A DNA stretch of 57,596 bases from Candidatus Tayloriibacteriota bacterium (GCA_016215405.1 JACRJQ010000002.1:1-57596), one strand, 5' to 3'. Shown: positions 19,952 through 29,737, counted from the first letter of the stretch. Program-made: numbers and translations. The notes: a model not told the origin generated them from the sequence alone.

Positions 19952-20208
19952 TTTCTTTTAGCCGGTCCGCATTTTCTTCGCTGCGGGGCGCAAGCGTCCC
20001 TCGGAGGCTACTCCTCGGGCATCTCCTTACAGGAGCAGTACACCTTTTGGACGGAGTACCGTCTCAAAAGGTTTTACGGAACGGGTCCCATCCCGTTCCT
20101 CACCTCGCTCAGAAAATGAGGACTCGGTGGAGGGGTTAAGAGAAGAAGGAGAAAGGCCCCGGTTCGCGAAGCGAACCGGGGCCTTTCTTACCTACTCCGT
20201 CCATTTCC
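19952..20208. repeat. Composite dispersed structured repeat (module A with nested module B)
   Basis: Flanks match 36586-36716 in direct orientation; core 20027-20106 matches 47680-47761 in reverse complement. Confidence 0.85.
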
Positions 20209-20303
20209 TTTGGCGGGATTAGCGGAGCGCGACGGCGCGAGCTGAAAGGAATCCGCTTCGGGCGGATTACCTGTACCCGACAAAGGAAAGGACTAAATAA
20301 AAT

Positions 20304-21704
20304 CTATCTTTTCATTATTCTTTGCCCGTCGGAGGTGTCCTTGACGTCATAGCCGAGCTTCGCTATCTCGTTCCTAAGCTCGTCTGAACGGCTCCAATTC
20401 TTGTTCCTTCGAGCAACCTCTCTCTCTTGGGCGAGGGCTGATACGGCCTCGGGGACCTTCTCTTCTTCTACGGGCGCTTCGTCCGCCTTCGCAAGGCCGA
20501 GGAGCGAATCGATCTTAAGTATGGTCGCTTTCTTGTCGGCAGGAGAGAGTTTGTCGTCTCTGAGGATCTCCCATATCGTGGCGAGAGCTTTCGGCGTGTC
20601 GAGGTCGTCGGCGAGGCCAGAGAGCGCCTTGTCCCAGTACGCTGCGTCTACCTTTCCGCCGGAAGGGAGCTTGCAGACAGCGCCGTTAAGCCTCCTGTAG
20701 GCGTTTCTGGCCGCCTCGAGCGCCTCCCAGGTGAAAGAGAGCGGCGTTGAATAGCGGGCACCGAGGAGGAAGTAGCGATAATCCATAGGGGAGAAGCTTT
20801 TCTCCTTGAGGACATCGAGAGTGAGGAAGTTGCCCTCGGATTTCGCCATCTTCGCTCCGGCGATGTTCATAAAGGCCACATGCATCCAATATCTGACGAA
20901 CTGCTTTCCGGTGGCGCCTTCAGACTGGGCTATCTCGTTTTGGTGGTGGACGGGGATATGGTCGATGCCTCCCGTGTGGATATCGAACGTCTCGCCGAGG
21001 TACCTCATAGACATGGCCGAGCATTCGATGTGCCAGCCGGGAAAGCCCTTTCCCCAAGGAGATTCCCATTCCATATCGCGCTTTTCTCCCGCGGGGGAGA
21101 ATTTCCAAAGGGCGAAATCGGTAGGGTTCCTCTTCTCTTCGTTCACGCCTATACGCTCTCCCTCTCGGATGCCCGAAAGGTCGATGTGGCCGAGCTTGCC
21201 GTAATCAGGGAATTTCGATGTGTCGAAATATATGCCGTCGGATGTGCGATAGGTAAGGCTTTTCTTTTCGAGCAAGCGCACGATCGCTATCTGCTCCTTT
21301 ATGAAATCGGTCGCTCTCGGGAATATCGTTCCTTCGGTGTCGACGTTGAGGTCAGATAGATTCTCGAAGAACGCCTCCGTATAGAATTTTGCTATGTCCC
21401 AGGCCGATTTCTGCTCGCGCTTCTTCGCCTTCTCCATCTTGTCCTCTCCGGAATCGGCGTCGCTTACGAGGTGTCCTACGTCTGTTATGTTTATGACCTG
21501 CGCCACCTTGTAGCCCGCCGCCTTCATGAGCCTTTTGAGGCTGTCGGCAAAGACGTATGCGCGAAGGTTCCCTATGTGCGGATAGTTGTAGACCGTCGGC
21601 CCGCAGTGGTACATGCCGACTTTAGGGCGGCCGAAAAGGCTCTTCTTGAGGGGGACGAACTCCTCTTTCTTTCCGGTAAGGGTGTTGTGCAGGTAGATCT
21701 TCAT
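20304..21704 (-). CDS. cysS: Cysteine--tRNA ligase
   Basis: CGPTVY..HIGN, PGWHIECSAM, KMAKS. Confidence 0.97.
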   Translation of the reverse strand: MKIYLHNTLTGKKEEFVPLKKSLFGRPKVGMYHCGPTVYNYPHIGNLRAYVFADSLKRLMKAAGYKVAQVINITDVGHLVSDADSGEDKMEKAKKREQKSAWDIAKFYTEAFFENLSDLNVDTEGTIFPRATDFIKEQIAIVRLLEKKSLTYRTSDGIYFDTSKFPDYGKLGHIDLSGIREGERIGVNEEKRNPTDFALWKFSPAGEKRDMEWESPWGKGFPGWHIECSAMSMRYLGETFDIHTGGIDHIPVHHQNEIAQSEGATGKQFVRYWMHVAFMNIAGAKMAKSEGNFLTLDVLKEKSFSPMDYRYFLLGARYSTPLSFTWEALEAARNAYRRLNGAVCKLPSGGKVDAAYWDKALSGLADDLDTPKALATIWEILRDDKLSPADKKATILKIDSLLGLAKADEAPVEEEKVPEAVSALAQEREVARRNKNWSRSDELRNEIAKLGYDVKDTSDGQRIMKR

Positions 21705-21708
21705 AGGG

Positions 21709-22623
21709 CTAGAACCACTTCTTCCTCTTAAAGGCCGCCGTCATGAGGCCCGTGGCGATGACGACGATCGCCACCACTATCCAAAAGTCGTTCGGTCGGC
21801 CGAGGATAGGGCGAGAGATTGCGTCGAGCTGGAGGAGGGCGATGAATATGGCAACGAGAGAGGTTATAAAGGTGATGACCGTAAGGGTCTGCACTATCTT
21901 GTTCTGTTTGGTCTCCAGGAGCGAGTTGTTCGTCTCTCGCATCTCGGAGAGGGTCTCAGAGAGGCCGATGACCGTCTTGTTGACCTTGAGGTGCTCGTTC
22001 TGCATCGCGCTGATGTAGCGGCCGTAATCTTTTCCGAAGAAAGGTTCCGAGGCTGCAGCGTAAGACTTGAGCACCTCCTCGTGGAGCGATGTTGCGTGCT
22101 TGAAGGAGAGGAGCTCCCTCGAAGCGTCGGATATCTCAAAGACCATCTCTCGCTCCTTGCCGCGGAAGATCTTTTTCTCGATGTCGTCGAGGCTGTCTCG
22201 CACCGACTCGAGCTCGTCGTGGAGCGAATGGTAGATCTCGCGGATCATGTAATAGAACATATAGCCCGCGTGCTTGCCCACGAGGTCGTTCCTCTTGAGG
22301 ATCGAGTTCACTTCGAACATCTTCGCGAACTTATGGAGAGCGTCTACCGTGTCGTATCTCGCGGTGACGATGAACTTCTTACCGATTATGAAATCGACCT
22401 CCTGGGTATTCTCCTTGTGCGAGTGCTTCCAGGCGGGGAAGTGGAGGATGAGATAGATGAAGTCGTCGTATGTGTCCACCTTTGACCGCGTGGTGGGCAG
22501 GAGAAGCTCCTCGGCGGCGAGGGGGTGTATCGCGTACTTTCCCATTATCTCGCGCACCTCGTCCGGCGTCGGATTCTCGAGGTCTACCCAGGTGACGTCC
22601 TTGTAGGCGTACGTATGGATCAT
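21709..22623 (-). CDS. CorA-family divalent cation transporter
   Basis: WVDLENPT, IHPL..EEL, two C-terminal TM helices; GMN motif not canonical. Confidence 0.8.
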   Translation of the reverse strand: MIHTYAYKDVTWVDLENPTPDEVREIMGKYAIHPLAAEELLLPTTRSKVDTYDDFIYLILHFPAWKHSHKENTQEVDFIIGKKFIVTARYDTVDALHKFAKMFEVNSILKRNDLVGKHAGYMFYYMIREIYHSLHDELESVRDSLDDIEKKIFRGKEREMVFEISDASRELLSFKHATSLHEEVLKSYAAASEPFFGKDYGRYISAMQNEHLKVNKTVIGLSETLSEMRETNNSLLETKQNKIVQTLTVITFITSLVAIFIALLQLDAISRPILGRPNDFWIVVAIVVIATGLMTAAFKRKKWF

Positions 22624-22695
22624 ATGAATCTATGATAGCACGCGGAAGCGTACTCAATATTGTGAATATGCGCCGCCTCTGAGATAATAATCGCC

Positions 22696-23904
22696 ATGAT
22701 CCCGTCACAACGCGCAACTCTCGCTTCGGTCGCGCTCGCCATCGCGGCGATCGCTTTCGTCATGGGCTTTAGGACGGGGAATTCCGCGGTCGGATCGCCG
22801 GATTTCGCTGTCCCTTCCGTCTACAACAAGGAGGATGGCATGCCAGACGGCGTCGACTTCTCTCCGTTCTGGAAGGCGTGGGGGGTGATCGAAGACAAGT
22901 ATGCGGGCACGACGACGACAGCTGAGGACAAGCTCTGGGGAGCGATAGAGGGCCTCGCGAGCTCTCTCGGCGACCCCTACACGGTATTCTTTCCGCCTGT
23001 CGAGTCCAAGGTGTTCGCTTCCGAGATCGCCGGCAACTTCGAAGGCGTCGGAATGGAGGTCGGCGTGAAAGACGGTCGCCTCGTCGTCGTATCTCCGATA
23101 AAGGACGCTCCTGCGGAGAGGGCGGGCGTAAAGGCGGGCGATTTCATCCTCAAGATCGGCGACAAGCCGTCTAGCGACATGCCCACCGACAAGGCCGTAC
23201 AGCTTATCCGCGGCAAGGCGGGCACCAAGGTCACCCTCACGCTCGACCGCGAAGGCGCCGACAAGCCTATCGAGATAACCATCACTAGGGCGAAGATCGA
23301 CCTGCCGACGGTGAAGACGGAGCTTAAAGGGGACGTCTTCGTGATCGCGCTTTACAGCTTTAACGCTAACTCGGCGCAGCTTTTCAGGGGAGCCTTGAAA
23401 GATTTCATCGATTCAGGATCTCATAAGCTCATCATAGACCTGCGCGGAAACCCGGGAGGGTATCTCGAAGCTTCGATAGACATGGCGAGTTGGTTTCTGC
23501 CGTCGGGCGCCGTAGTGGTGCGCGAAGAGTTCGGACAGGAGCATGACGAGAGGCTCTATAGGAGCAAGGGGTACGATATCTTTGGAGACGCCTTGAAGCT
23601 CGTTCTTCTCGTCGACGGCGGATCGGCCTCGGCTTCCGAGATCCTCGCTGGGGCCCTCAAGGAGAACGGCAAAGCGACGCTCGTCGGCGCAAAGACTTTC
23701 GGAAAGGGTTCGGTCCAGGAACTCGTCACGATCACTCCCGAAACGTCCCTCAAGGTCACCATCGCGAAGTGGCTTACCCCAGATGGCAATTCGATCTCGA
23801 ATAACGGCATTACGCCGGATTATGAGGTAGAGATAGCCGAAGAGGACGTAAAGGCGAAAAGAGACCCCCAGATGGAGAAGGCGCTCGAGCTTCTCGCTAA
23901 ATAA
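22696..23904 (+). CDS. Carboxy-terminal processing protease (S41, PDZ)
   Basis: DPYT, DLRGNPGG, SASASEI, TFGKGSVQ. Confidence 0.95.
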   Translation: MIPSQRATLASVALAIAAIAFVMGFRTGNSAVGSPDFAVPSVYNKEDGMPDGVDFSPFWKAWGVIEDKYAGTTTTAEDKLWGAIEGLASSLGDPYTVFFPPVESKVFASEIAGNFEGVGMEVGVKDGRLVVVSPIKDAPAERAGVKAGDFILKIGDKPSSDMPTDKAVQLIRGKAGTKVTLTLDREGADKPIEITITRAKIDLPTVKTELKGDVFVIALYSFNANSAQLFRGALKDFIDSGSHKLIIDLRGNPGGYLEASIDMASWFLPSGAVVVREEFGQEHDERLYRSKGYDIFGDALKLVLLVDGGSASASEILAGALKENGKATLVGAKTFGKGSVQELVTITPETSLKVTIAKWLTPDGNSISNNGITPDYEVEIAEEDVKAKRDPQMEKALELLAK

Positions 23905-23985
23905 AGCGATCCGGCTCGACGAAATGACAGAATCTCCTTAATCTGATAATGTATCCCCACAACTAACAGCGCTGATAACAACGAT

Positions 23986-24429
23986 ATGAAGATAGTAATG
24001 CTTAAGGACGTCAAGGGAGTAGGTAAGAAGCACGACATAAAGACCGTCGCCGACGGGTTCGCGCTCAATAGCCTCATCCCGCAGGGCATCGCTGAGGTCG
24101 CGACTGCAAAGTCGCTTGCCCGCGTAGAGGCACTTAAAAAGGAGGAAGAGGCTCAGAAGAAGATAATGGAAGACCTCCTTTCCAAGAATCTCAAGTCCAT
24201 CCACGACGCTGTCGTCGAGGTATCCGCCGGCGCGAACGAGAAAGGCCACCTTTTCGCAGGCCTCCACGCGGCCGAGATCGCGCCTCTCGTAAAGGAGAAG
24301 ACCCGTATCGATGTCCTCCCTGAATTCATACACCTCGAGAAGCCTATAAAGGAGGTAGGCGAGCACAAGATCGACGTTAAGGTGCATGGCAAGTCCGCGA
24401 CGTTCACACTCAAGGTGACGGCGAAGTAA
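23986..24429 (+). CDS. rplI: 50S ribosomal protein L9
   Basis: MKIVMLKDVKGVGK..V.DGFALN.LIP; PIKEVGEH. Confidence 0.95.
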   Translation: MKIVMLKDVKGVGKKHDIKTVADGFALNSLIPQGIAEVATAKSLARVEALKKEEEAQKKIMEDLLSKNLKSIHDAVVEVSAGANEKGHLFAGLHAAEIAPLVKEKTRIDVLPEFIHLEKPIKEVGEHKIDVKVHGKSATFTLKVTAK

Positions 24430-24444
24430 GGAAGCGAACGACAG

Positions 24445-24482
24445 AAGAGGCCCGGCGCAAAGCGCCGGGCCTCTTGCTTTTT
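24445..24482 (+). terminator. Intrinsic terminator after rplI
   Basis: 14-bp stem AAGAGGCCCGGCGC/GCGCCGGGCCTCTT followed by a T-run. Confidence 0.85.
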
Positions 24483-24542
24483 GCCCCTGTATAGCTAGTC
24501 TTTCCTATAGGAATACCAAACCCCAACCACAGGAGAGACCCC

Positions 24543-25595
24543 TTGAACACCGAAAAGAAAAAGCGCCTGCTTTCCAAAGTGGCGTATGCGAGAGGATCAC
24601 TCTCGCATCTAAGGACGAATGCGTCTCCCCGGCGCGACCCAATCGACGGAGACATCCTTCAGGTCCTCGACCCGTTCGCAGAGGACGAGGGCCGCATCCT
24701 CTGCTCGAAGGCGTTCCGGCGCCTGGCGCAGAAGACGCAAGTGACCTCGTTTCCGACGAACACCTATATCCGCAATCGCCTCGTGCATACCGCCGAGGTC
24801 AAGCGGACGGCCGAGATGATCACCGACATTCTGGGCCTTAACACCCGCCTCGCCGGTGCGATCGCCTGGAATCACGATATCGGCCATGTGCCGTTCGGCC
24901 ACCAAGGCGAGTTCTTTATGAAGGACCGCTTCGGGAAGACCTTCACCCATGAGGTGATGGGAGTCGTCGTGGCGCAGCACATCGAGCGCAAGGGCAAGGG
25001 GACGAACCTCACCTTTGCTACGCTCGACGGCGGCATGCGCCATTCCGGAGATATGGCGACGAAGTCGATGACTGCGGAAGCCTGGGCGGTCCGATATGCG
25101 GACAAGATCGCCTTCCTCTTCGCGGATTACAACGACTTCGAGCGCATGGGCTGGCCGTTTAGGCCAGAGCTCAAGCGCCTCGTCGACTCGTTCGGCGCGG
25201 ACCAGCGAGAGCGGGTCTTTACCGCCGTCGCAGAGCTCGTCGCCGAATCCAAGGAGAAGGGCAGGGTGAGCTTCTCGGAATCGCCCGCAGCCCGCGACTT
25301 CGACCGGATACGGACTCTCATGTATGAGATCTATCCGCGCTTGACTCAACAGGATCCGAGGCGCATCCTTGTGCCGGTGTGCGATTTCCTCGACCGGCTC
25401 GCTATCGCTCCGACCGACCTCATGTTCGCGCTCATGACGGACAGAGATATGGTCTATCTGTCCGAGGTGCCGATGCTCAACATCGACCATCTCAAGCAGA
25501 CGTCAGTCTACGAGCTCCTTCCCATCATCACGAAGAAGAAGGTCGACATCTACGCCCCAGACCTCGATTGGGGCAACGTCGCGACCCGGGCCTAA
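24543..25595 (+). CDS. dNTP triphosphohydrolase (dGTPase-like HD protein)
   Basis: AFRRLAQKTQV, RNRLVHTAEV, HDIGHVPFGHQGE, ADKIA. Confidence 0.88.
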   Translation: MNTEKKKRLLSKVAYARGSLSHLRTNASPRRDPIDGDILQVLDPFAEDEGRILCSKAFRRLAQKTQVTSFPTNTYIRNRLVHTAEVKRTAEMITDILGLNTRLAGAIAWNHDIGHVPFGHQGEFFMKDRFGKTFTHEVMGVVVAQHIERKGKGTNLTFATLDGGMRHSGDMATKSMTAEAWAVRYADKIAFLFADYNDFERMGWPFRPELKRLVDSFGADQRERVFTAVAELVAESKEKGRVSFSESPAARDFDRIRTLMYEIYPRLTQQDPRRILVPVCDFLDRLAIAPTDLMFALMTDRDMVYLSEVPMLNIDHLKQTSVYELLPIITKKKVDIYAPDLDWGNVATRA

Positions 25596-25656
25596 CCGCC
25601 TGGGTCGTTTTTTTAATACGCGCCAAAGAAAAAGCCCGGTCTAGCCGGGCGATCTC

Positions 25657-25929
25657 TTATTCTACGTTCACTATGTTCTTCACCTTGGTCTTGCCGTTGA
25701 AGCCTTTTTTTCGCTTCGTAGAGAATTTGACGGTGCCTTCCGTGGTGGCGTAGATCGTATAGTCCTTGCCGATGTCTGTGTTCTTGCCCGGAAGCGTATT
25801 GAGGCCTTCCTGGCGGACGATTATAGAGCCTGACTGGGCCTTCTCGCCGGCATAGAGCTTTATACCCAGGTATCGCGGGTTAGAGTCTCGTCCGTTCTTT
25901 ACAGTACCGCCTGACTTTTTTGTTGCCAT
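25657..25929 (-). CDS. rpmA: 50S ribosomal protein L27
   Basis: MATKKSGGTVKNGRDS..LGIK..IIVRQ. Confidence 0.97.
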   Translation of the reverse strand: MATKKSGGTVKNGRDSNPRYLGIKLYAGEKAQSGSIIVRQEGLNTLPGKNTDIGKDYTIYATTEGTVKFSTKRKKGFNGKTKVKNIVNVE

Positions 25930-25979
25930 ATCGTTTCTTTATAAATATTTTATCTCCCGCGGGCTATGCTTTGGGGTAT

Positions 25980-26399
25980 ATGTTTAGGCTTCGAAGTATA
26001 GACCACATACGGCTAAAAATCAAGGCCATCGGGGATTTTATCGATAAAAGGGATGTCTATGCCTGCTGCATCGTTATTTTCGTGGGGGTTTCAAGCTTTT
26101 TTCTCGGCAGGCTCGACGGGATCGATTCGGCAAGGCCGCCCGTCACTATAGAAGGCCTTTCCGAACCGTCCATCCCTGTTTCTGCGGCGAAGGAGCCGGC
26201 GTTGCAGGCTAGAAGCCAGGCCGCGGCGGTGGGTCTGGGGGCAGGGAAGTACGTCGGATCGATATCGGGCGCGAAATATCACCTGCCGGCGTGTCCCGGG
26301 GCTCAGAGAATAGCTGAAGCCAACAAGGTGTGGTTCTCGACCCGAGAAGAGGCCGAAGCGGCTGGTTACGCCCCAGCAGCTAACTGCAAGGGAATATAG
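25980..26399 (+). CDS. Membrane-anchored protein with C-terminal Ada-type metal-binding domain
   Basis: TM helix; KYHLPAC..EEAEAAGYAPAANC. Confidence 0.8.
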   Translation: MFRLRSIDHIRLKIKAIGDFIDKRDVYACCIVIFVGVSSFFLGRLDGIDSARPPVTIEGLSEPSIPVSAAKEPALQARSQAAAVGLGAGKYVGSISGAKYHLPACPGAQRIAEANKVWFSTREEAEAAGYAPAANCKGI

Positions 26400-26416
26400 C
26401 TGCTATACTGTGCGGC

Positions 26417-26689
26417 ATGAAGCGCTTTTTCCGCATCCTCACTCTCTCCTTCGGCATTCTTTTCCTCATCATAGGGGTCATAGGCATATTCCTGCCCGTC
26501 TTGCAGGGCTTCCTTTTCATGGCTATCGGGGTCTACTTGATCTCGATCTCTTCCCATAGGTTTAAAAGCTGGCTCGACAGGAAGCTCGGCCGCTACCCGA
26601 GATGTAAGGCCCGCTATGACCGATACAGGGCGAAAATAGACCGTCTTTGGATGCCCAAAAACGAGTCTCAGAAACACGGAGGGGCCTAA
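26417..26689 (+). CDS. Small membrane protein (PGPGW-like)
   Basis: GVIGIFLPVLQG hairpin followed by a basic tail. Confidence 0.7.
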   Translation: MKRFFRILTLSFGILFLIIGVIGIFLPVLQGFLFMAIGVYLISISSHRFKSWLDRKLGRYPRCKARYDRYRAKIDRLWMPKNESQKHGGA

Positions 26690-26799
26690 ATTCGTCCTAT
26701 AAGGCGAAGGTTCAATGGCGCCTTTCACGACACGTTTATAAGCATGGCTCTATAGAGCCGTATAATCTATTGACAGAGGCCTCGATAGCTTGTGATGTA

Positions 26800-26828
26800 T
26801 TGACAAACGGTTCGTGAGGTGCTATAAT
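26800..26828 (+). promoter_or_regulatory. Consensus sigma70 promoter
   Basis: TTGACA-17 nt-TATAAT. Confidence 0.85.
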
Positions 26829-26933
26829 GGATGCACATCAGAGTTGATCCTCTGGTGATTTGCTTTTAAGGGCCTGCTCTCAAAGACGGAAGTTGATAGG
26901 GCAGAAACTTAAAGGCTTTGAACCTTACCATCT

Positions 26934-27401
26934 ATGATTGAGCTTACGACGAGTCTCGTTATGCTCGCATCGGCGTTTCTCCCGGCGGTCGATATGACCA
27001 AAGCGGGAAAGACCGACGCGATTTCCACTTCTGCGACTTCCACCGTAGCCCAAGCTATCCCAGGCGATCAATTTCTTCCTATAGTCTCGGTCGAGGCGTA
27101 CGTCCGCGAATACTTCAAGGACGCACCGATACTCGCCGAGATCGCGCGATGCGAATCCACCTTCAGGCAGTTCGACTCGAAAGGCAACGTCATTCGAGGC
27201 AAAGTGAACTCCGGAGACATCGGCATCATGCAGATTAACAAGTACTATCACGAAGAGAGCGCCGAGAAGCTCGGATACGACATCTACTCTATCGACGGAA
27301 ACCTCGGTTTCGCCAAGTGGCTGTACGGCAAATACGGAGACGCCCCTTGGGTGCATTCTTCTAAGTGCTGGAGCAAGTATAAGGAGATAGCGAAGATATA
27401 A
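26934..27401 (+). CDS. Secreted lytic transglycosylase/lysozyme-like protein
   Basis: IARCES (catalytic Glu), GIMQIN, GNL, PW...CW. Confidence 0.8.
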   Translation: MIELTTSLVMLASAFLPAVDMTKAGKTDAISTSATSTVAQAIPGDQFLPIVSVEAYVREYFKDAPILAEIARCESTFRQFDSKGNVIRGKVNSGDIGIMQINKYYHEESAEKLGYDIYSIDGNLGFAKWLYGKYGDAPWVHSSKCWSKYKEIAKI

Positions 27402-27405
27402 ATGA

Positions 27406-27435
27406 GAGAAAGCCGCCCGCAGGGGCGGCTTTCTC
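27406..27435 (+). terminator. Intrinsic terminator
   Basis: GAGAAAGCCGCCC-GCAG-GGGCGGCTTTCTC. Confidence 0.75.
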
Positions 27436-27529
27436 GTCATAGGCGTTGACAGGACGTCGCGCGGTGGTAGTTTGACCTCTGGGGACACTTCTTTCCAGAC
27501 AGAGAACATCAACAACCAAGGAGGATAGC

Positions 27530-28129
27530 ATGAGCGCTACGGAACCTAAAACAGGCCCGACGTCGGCCGCCTTTATACCAGCTAACCCTCGCGATATGGC
27601 CCAGGCCGTGCGCGAGTATCTCCTATCCGGAGAAGCACGACCGGAAGACCAGGAACACATGGAGAGCCGTCTGAGAGGCGTCATCGTCGACTGGATCTCG
27701 ACCGGCAACGTCGAGGCGCTCGGCGAGCTCCACGAGGCCGTCTCTGAAGACGCCCGCGAGAGAGCGCTGGGGGTCGCGGATCGGAGGGGATTGTCGCAAG
27801 CAGAGCTCTTCTGCCTGCGCGGATCGGCCCTCATCGCCTTCGCGGGGTCGGTCGCCGCGACCGGAGACAAGGTGGGGATGCTCAACCTCAAGATGGCCCC
27901 TCACCGCAAGGCCATCATGGCCCTTTCCGATTCGCATCGCCCGTGGACGCCATTCGACTTCAGTTGCGCGGTCTCGCTTTCGTTAGAGCGCACGGACGCA
28001 CTCATCAAGGACCTCGAGGAGAATGGCTATATCTTCGAGTCGGATACGACGGGCGAGAGCGCCTATTCGCTCACGCCGCATGGTTGGCGGATGGCCCTGT
28101 ATTTGAAAAAAATGGGCTTCTGCCGTTGA
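27530..28129 (+). CDS. Hypothetical protein with probable C-terminal winged-helix domain
   Basis: AGGAGG SD; LIKDLEENGYI...YSLTPHG pattern. Confidence 0.6.
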   Translation: MSATEPKTGPTSAAFIPANPRDMAQAVREYLLSGEARPEDQEHMESRLRGVIVDWISTGNVEALGELHEAVSEDARERALGVADRRGLSQAELFCLRGSALIAFAGSVAATGDKVGMLNLKMAPHRKAIMALSDSHRPWTPFDFSCAVSLSLERTDALIKDLEENGYIFESDTTGESAYSLTPHGWRMALYLKKMGFCR

Positions 28130-28218
28130 TCCGCTCGTTTCGATCTTTTCCGCCGCCGGGCACCCGGCGGCTTTGTTTTGGGGATAGGCAAGGATCTTTC
28201 CGCGATATACTGCACGCT

Positions 28219-29073
28219 ATGAATCTCGGCGTCGCCGCAGCTATCGCGAGCATGGTCTCTTGGGGGATAGGCGATTTTCTCATCCAGAGGTCCGCTCGAA
28301 GCTTGGGCGACTGGAAGACGCTTTTCTATATCGGGCTTATCGGCAATGCGGGGCTACTCCCGTTCTGCTATAAGGGGCTCTCTTCGCTCGGCGCCGGGGA
28401 TCTCCTCGTGCTCGTCGCTATCGGCGCGTTCTCGGCTTTCGCCGCTGTCATAGATTTCGAGGCCTTGAAAAAGGGCAAGCTCGCTATCGTCGAGCCGATA
28501 TTTTGCCTCGAGATACCTGTCGCGGCGCTTCTCGCGTTCTTCATGCTCGGCGAGAGGATCTCGTTTCTGCAAATGGCTCTAGTAGCAGGACTCGTAGTCT
28601 CTCTCGTGCTCGTGTCGCTGTCGAAGCTCGAATTCGTGCACAGGAAGATGCTGCTCGAGCGGGGAGTGAGGCTTACCGTCTTGGCGGCGATAAGCATGGG
28701 AGTTCTCAACTTCGCGTTCGGAGTAGGGGCCCGAGAGGTCTCACCCATACTGGCGACGTTCGTGATCCACTCGATAGCGGCGATCGTGTCTCTCTTCGTC
28801 CTTGTGGCCAGAAGGCAGTTTTGGCCGGGACGCATCTTGTCCGAGGCGAGACAGGCATTCCCTATGGCGATCGCCGATACGGTCGCTTGGGCCTCGTTCG
28901 CATACGCCCTTACGAAGACCCCGATAGCGATAGCCACCGCGTTTTCGGAGAGCTATATCGTAATAGCCGTGCTCCTGGGCATATTCGTGAATAGGGAAAG
29001 GCTCAAGAGATACCAGTATGTAGGGATCTTCGGCTCGATCGTCTGCGGGATATTCCTGGCGACGACTCTCTAG
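28219..29073 (+). CDS. DMT/EamA-family transporter
   Basis: ~10 TM in two repeats, LGER and NRERL motifs; start placed at the ATG 7 nt after TATACT. Confidence 0.88.
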   Translation: MNLGVAAAIASMVSWGIGDFLIQRSARSLGDWKTLFYIGLIGNAGLLPFCYKGLSSLGAGDLLVLVAIGAFSAFAAVIDFEALKKGKLAIVEPIFCLEIPVAALLAFFMLGERISFLQMALVAGLVVSLVLVSLSKLEFVHRKMLLERGVRLTVLAAISMGVLNFAFGVGAREVSPILATFVIHSIAAIVSLFVLVARRQFWPGRILSEARQAFPMAIADTVAWASFAYALTKTPIAIATAFSESYIVIAVLLGIFVNRERLKRYQYVGIFGSIVCGIFLATTL

Positions 29074-29128
29074 CCGCGCGAAATAAAAGCCTGGGTCCCA
29101 GAGGGATTCCCAGGCTCGAAAGCCCCCG

Positions 29129-29737
29129 CTATTTTATGCATATGGCCCGAAAGTAGTGCCACTGCTTCGTGTAGCCGTCGAAGAATGGCGAGGTCGGGCT
29201 ATGTTCGGTCACCTCGGAGATCCCGAACCCTGCAAGGAGCCTCTGGAGCTCCTCCAGGCTTACCGTGTGGAAGCCGCTGTGCATCCGATACGGCTCGTCC
29301 TTGGGGCCTAGGAACGTCGCCGAGAAGACTCCGCCGTAGCAGAGCTTTCTCCGTATCCTTTCGATTATGTCGCGAAAGTTTGGGTCGTAGGGAAGGGCGA
29401 AGTTGGAATTCACCCAGTCGATAGGTTCGGTCCCGAAGTCGTATTCGCTGAGGCTTTGCCGATGGAATCTAAAGCCTCTAGGCGACGCCCTCATCAGCTC
29501 TCCGGCGTAGGCCTCGGACTTCGCGGAAAGGTCCACGGAGTCGATTTTTTCGAATCGCATGGCCGACATAAGCCGGGCATCGTTTTGTTTTCCGCTGCCG
29601 AGGTCGACGGCCCTTTTCCAGCGAGTGACGCGGGGCAGGGCAAGCCTAGCGAGGGTAGAGGGGTGATCGAGGATAGCATCGTAATACGGACCCCAATCGA
29701 CCTCTGCGGTGGCGAGATTGGAATGTGCAGTATTCAT
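29129..29737 (-). CDS. Class I SAM-dependent methyltransferase
   Basis: AVDLGSG, SVDLS, NFALPY, GGVF. Confidence 0.8.
   Translation of the reverse strand: MNTAHSNLATAEVDWGPYYDAILDHPSTLARLALPRVTRWKRAVDLGSGKQNDARLMSAMRFEKIDSVDLSAKSEAYAGELMRASPRGFRFHRQSLSEYDFGTEPIDWVNSNFALPYDPNFRDIIERIRRKLCYGGVFSATFLGPKDEPYRMHSGFHTVSLEELQRLLAGFGISEVTEHSPTSPFFDGYTKQWHYFRAICIK

Noticed and set aside
20027-20106. Twister or hammerhead ribozyme in module B
   Set aside because: GGGTCCCATCCC only partly resembles the twister loop, and no CUGANGA/GAAA core is present.
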